64,000 nucleotides of DNA from Thermoanaerobaculia bacterium (lineage in GTDB: Bacteria; Acidobacteriota; Thermoanaerobaculia; Multivoradales; UBA5704). A model generated the notes under the pieces. That model worked only from the letters and a program-made list of their open reading frames with translations. It did not search any database and was not told the DNA's origin. The translations under genes were made by a program, and so were the position numbers. The first letter of the stretch is position 1, and each line of letters starts with the position of its first letter. Positions 59,787 through 64,000 of the stretch are shown piece after piece. Location of the stretch: the NCBI GenBank assembly GCA_044226625.1, contig JBGAGQ010000027.1, positions 13,363-77,362 on the forward strand. The letters run 5' to 3'.

Positions 59787-60698
59787 TTACGCGCGGGAGA
59801 GAATCCGCTCCCGCAGCCGCTTGAAGCCGAGACGCTCGAACAAGGGATCGACCAGCGTGGGATCGGCGCCTCGATACTCGAGGTCGCGATGGAAGACCAG
59901 CGGCTCGCCGCGCGGTGGGTCGATCGGAGCGTCGGTCGCGGCTTTGGCGAGGCTTTTCGAGAGGAAGGCGAGCTCGCGTCCCGCCTCGAGCTTTCGGGCG
60001 AGGGTGCGGGCGCCGCGGAGGTCCGTCCGAAGCGCGAGCTCGTCGAGCTTGGCGTAGAGCCCCTCGACGTGCGGGTAGCGAAGAAGAAGCTCCGCCGCTC
60101 CCTTGCGACCGATGCCGGGAACGCCGGGGATGTTGTCGACCGCATCCCCGGCGAGCGCCAGGAGGTCGACGATCTGTGCCGGCGCGACGCTAAACTTCGA
60201 CTGGACTTCGGGAGGGGTGAGGCGCTCTCCCTTGCCGAAGTCGTACCAGGAGACGTCGGGGCCGACGAGCTGGGCGAGATCCTTGTCGGAGCTGACGACC
60301 ACGACCGGATCCCGCTCTTCGCTGCACACCCCGCGGCGCGCGAGGAGGGTCGCGATCAGATCGTCCGCCTCGTACCGATCGTCCGAGAACGTAACCCCAC
60401 CGAGCGCGCGGGCGACCTCCTCGCACGCCGCGAGCTGGGCTTCGAGCTCCTTGGGAGGCAGCGGGCGCTGCGCCTTGTAGGCCGGGTAGATCTCATTCCG
60501 GAAGCTGGTCGTAAGGCTCCGGTCGAAGCAGACCGCGAGGTGGCTCGGCTTCTCCTCGGCGATCAGTTTGACCAGGAAGGAGACGAAACCGTGCACAGCT
60601 TGCGCCGGACGTCCCTCGCGGTCGCGGATCGACTCGGGCAGCGAGAAATAGGCCCGAAAGATGTAAGGGGAGGCGTCGATCAGGTAGGCGGCGGACAT
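59787..60698 (-). CDS. Stand-alone 5'-3' exonuclease/flap endonuclease
   Basis: LID...IFRAYF, YPAYKA.R, EADD.IA, S.DKDL.QL, GD..DNIPGVPGIG.K motifs. Confidence 0.92.
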   Translation of the reverse strand: MSAAYLIDASPYIFRAYFSLPESIRDREGRPAQAVHGFVSFLVKLIAEEKPSHLAVCFDRSLTTSFRNEIYPAYKAQRPLPPKELEAQLAACEEVARALGGVTFSDDRYEADDLIATLLARRGVCSEERDPVVVVSSDKDLAQLVGPDVSWYDFGKGERLTPPEVQSKFSVAPAQIVDLLALAGDAVDNIPGVPGIGRKGAAELLLRYPHVEGLYAKLDELALRTDLRGARTLARKLEAGRELAFLSKSLAKAATDAPIDPPRGEPLVFHRDLEYRGADPTLVDPLFERLGFKRLRERILSRA

Positions 60699-60722
60699 GG
60701 GCGGAGGCTGGGGCCCGAGTCT

Positions 60723-63207
60723 ATGCGCAATCGTCCGCCGTGGAGTCGAGCGTGTCAGAATCGGAACTTCGAAATCGAAAGCCTAAGCGCGGGGTCCGCC
60801 GCGGTGCGGCGGCGCATCGAGAAGGGGAGCGAACCGTTGAGCGAGCCGAGCGCGTCCGGACCTCCGGCCGGGCGGAAGAGCCAGGGAGGCTTCGAGCCGA
60901 AGGCTCGGGCCGCGCTCCGCGAGGGAGACCGGCTCGCCGGCCGCTTTCGCGTGCTGCGGCTGCTCGGCACCGGTGGCACCGGGGAAGTCTATGAAGCGGA
61001 GGACGCGGAGCTCGGCGAGCGGGTGGCGCTCAAGCTCCTACGGCCCGAGCTCGCCGAGGACGAAGCGCTGCTCCAGCGTTTCAAGCGGGAGGTCCATCTC
61101 GCCCGGCAGGTGACCCATCCGAACGTCTGCCGGCTTCACGATCTCGTCCTCGCCGAGCCTCCGAAAGGGCGGCGAAAAGGGAATCCGTCCCGTTGGGTTT
61201 TGGTTTCGATGGAGCTTCTCGCCGGCGAGTCGCTTGCCGAGCGGTTGGCACGAACGGGACCGTTTTCTCCCGCCGAGGCGCTGCCGATCGTCCGCCAGGC
61301 GGCCGAAGGGCTCGATGCAGCGCATCGGGCGCGCGTGGTCCATCGGGATTTCAAATCGGGCAACGTGATGCTGGTACCGGAAGGCGTCGGCCTTCGCGCC
61401 GTGGTCACCGATTTCGGTCTTGCCCGCGCGGACTCCTCGGAAGGGGCGGAAGTCGATTCGGTGGCCTCGGACCGCACGACCCTCACCCAGATCGGCACGA
61501 TCGTCGGATCGCCCGCCTACATGGCGCCGGAGCAGGTACGGGGTGAGGTCGCGACTCCCGCCTCGGACGTGTTCGCCTTCGGCGTGGTGCTCTACGAGAT
61601 GGTGACCGGGCATCTGCCGTTCGAAGGGGGCGGCGCTTTTCAGACCGCGCTTCGCCGGTTGAGCGAGGAGCCGAAGCCTCCCTCGGCCTGGCGCCCCGAT
61701 CTCGACCCGCGCTGGGAGCGGACGATCCTCACCTGCCTCGCGCGCGAGCCGGGCGGCCGCCCGGCGACCGCGGGGGCGGTGGTGCGCGCGCTCGACGGCG
61801 AGGCGAGCGCTCTCGCGGTACCACCCCCAACACCCCGAAAGGCCCCGAGGTGGCGCGGCTGGCGACGCGCGGCGGCGGCGCTCGCCCTGGCGTTGGGGCT
61901 GGCCGCGGGCGGATGGTTGGCGTTCCGGCCGCAAGACCGGAACGAGCAATCGGCTCGCGCGATCGCCGAGGGCCTTGCCGCCCTGCGCCGGTTCGATGCA
62001 CCGGCGGCGCATGCGGTTCTCGAGCGAGCCTCCCGGGCGGACCCTCAGAACCCGCGAATTCCCTGGGCGCTCGCCCCGGCGCTTTCTTTGCTCGGACACG
62101 AGCGCGAGGCGTTGGCCGCCGCGCGGCGGGCGTTCGAGTTGTCATCCGGCCTGCCCGAGGCCGAGCGGTGGGAGATCGAGGCTCGCTATCGCGGCTTTGC
62201 AGGCGAGAGCGCGGCAGAGATCGCCCTCTATCAAAAATTGTTTCGCGCCGAGCGCAATCTCGAACACGGGCTCGCCCTCGGCAATGCACAGGTGGCTGGG
62301 CAACAGCCCGAGGGAGCGGCGGCGACGCTTCTCGCGCTCGAGCCGTTTCGCCGATCCCCGAACGGCGAGCCGCGGATCGATCTCCTCGCCGCATCTCTGG
62401 GAAGTGCCACCGGCAATTGGCGGGAGCAGCTGCGCTCCGCCCAGCGCGCGGCCGAGGGAGCCGAGAGGTTGGGTGCGCCCCTGCTTGGCGCGCGCGCGAG
62501 CTTCTTCGTCGCAAACGCCGAGCGCCAGCTCGGGCATCTCGACGCTGCGCTCGCCACCGCGGAAGCGTCGCGCGCCGCCTACGCCGCGGGGAAGAACCCG
62601 GCCGGCGAAGCTCTCGCCTGGAAGGAGATCGGTGCGGTGCGCAGGATCCGGGGCGACCTCGCCGGAGCGCTCCAGGCGTTCGACCGGACGATCGACCTCG
62701 CCTCGAGAGCGGGCTGGCAGAGCGGGTTCTCCTACGGCCTGAACGGTCGCGCCGTCGTGCTACGGAAGATGGGGCGTCTCGCGGAGGCGGCCCAGACGTT
62801 CGATCGATTGCTCGAGCTGCAGCGCGAGCTCTCGGACGCGCGCGGCGAGGCGGCGTCGCGAAGCAACGCGCAGCCTGTCGCTGCAGCTGGGCGATCGGAG
62901 CATGGAGGCAACCGTGTTGCTTGGACGATGCAGCCTGCTCGACCGCCGAGGTGAACTCGCCGCCGCGGAGCAGGCCTGCCACTCGGCCAGGAGGGTGTTC
63001 GAAGAGGTCGGCGAAGAAGGAGGTGTGGTCGAGGCGGACCTGACCTTGGCCCGTCTCGCTCGCCTTGCGGGGCGATTCGCGGAGGCGAGGAGCGGGCTCC
63101 TCCAAGGTGCGCGCCGGGCCGCCGCACTGGCCGACGCGGACCTTCAAGAGCTCGCTCGGAAGGAGCTGGCCGAGCTGGACCTCGACGAGGGGCGCAAACG
63201 TCCGTAG
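60723..63207 (+). pseudogene. Ser/Thr kinase-TPR gene with a frameshift near 62868
   Basis: GTGGTG, HRDFKSGN, DFG and APE motifs. TPR helices continue in another frame (62902-63207). Confidence 0.7.
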
Positions 63208-63260
63208 AGTGGACTCCTCGTTCCGGAGCTCATCTCGGCTCAGGAATCTGGCGCGTACAG

Positions 63261-63520
63261 TCCAGGAAGTGACTTCCCAACGCAGGAAGTGACTTCCCGG
63301 CGCAGGAAGTGACTTCCCAGCTCAGGAAGTGACTTCCCGGCTCAGGAAGTGACTTCCCGGCTCAGGAAGTGACTTCCCGGCCCAGGAAGTGACTTCCCGG
63401 CACAGGAAGTGACTTCCCAGCTCAGGAAGTGACTTCCCAGTCCAGGAAGTGACTTCCTGGCTCAGGAAGTGACTTCCCAGTCCAGGAAATGACTTCCCAG
63501 CTCAGGAAGTGATTTCCTGG
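63261..63520. repeat. Tandem array, 13 units of 20 bp: palindromic core GGAAGTGACTTCC plus a 7-nt linker
   Basis: Units every 20 nt from 63261 to 63501, with degenerate flanks. Confidence 0.95.
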
Positions 63521-63807
63521 CTCCGAAAACGTGATCCAGCTCCGGGAAGTCGCTTGGCGGTTCCGGAGTAGGCGATCGGCCGCCGCAAGTCGCTTCACGG
63601 CCCGGAACGCGACGCTCGGGCTCGGAGCTTCGCCTCCGCCTGCGTTTGGCGCCTTGCGCGCCGAGACTGGGTCTTCCGCGCCCCCGACCTTCCGCGCTCC
63701 GCCCGAATCCGTGCTAGCTCCGCCGCCGGCTCGTCGCGCGCCTTGCACTCGCCGGCATCTCTTCCGCCTCGGAACGAAATCCGGTGAGAAATGCGGCTAA
63801 CAAGAGA

Positions 63808-63955
63808 GCCCCCCACCTGGCCTCCCCCCGCAAGCGAGGGGAGGGACCCTGCGCCGAGAGGATGTACGAGTCGGGAGCGGTGGGCGGACCCGTGGTGCAC
63901 AAAGGGGTCGGTTGGGCTTCCTCCCCCGCTTGCGGGGGAGGACCGAGGTGGGGGC
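63808..63955. repeat. REP/REPIN-like inverted repeat pair
   Basis: 63808-63844 and 63919-63955 are near reverse complements. Each arm has an internal CCTCCCCC..GGGGAGG hairpin. Confidence 0.75.
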
Positions 63956-64000
63956 GGTGCACTTCGCCGAACGACTAGCCGCGCGCTCCGCCCTTGTAAG

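Noticed and set aside
59778-60722. N-terminal extension of the second Ser/Thr kinase
   Set aside because: Antisense to the 5'-3' exonuclease gene.
63261-63520. CRISPR array
   Set aside because: Linkers are 7 nt and near-identical, so there are no unique spacers.

Overview
High-GC bacterial window. Gene content suggests Acidobacteriota (Thermoanaerobaculia-like); this is an inference. Positions 1-45 kb are accessory. They contain a frameshifted VapC, a MenAT1-like toxin-antitoxin pair, two orphan RiPP-like precursor peptides and several secreted metalloproteases. They also contain two tandem toxin-like genes with a shared N-terminal 'AERLGHRLEALAPP..PIQR' leader, an ECF sigma/Ser-Thr kinase pair with a twice-repeated promoter motif before its downstream genes, a PhaZ7-like PHB depolymerase and an ECF/anti-sigma/TPR-CHAT module. 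Positions 45-61 kb are more core-like: smpB, DUF4390 plus an NtrY-like kinase, a surface-glycan locus and a 5'-3' exonuclease. The least explained features are two distant arrays of nearly the same palindromic core (21-bp period at 3953-4282, 20-bp period at 63261-63520), short near-identical copies of neighbouring genes beside both TA loci, and the shared-leader effector pair. No rRNA, tRNA, CRISPR array or transposase was recognised. Family assignments come from motif recognition, not from database searches.
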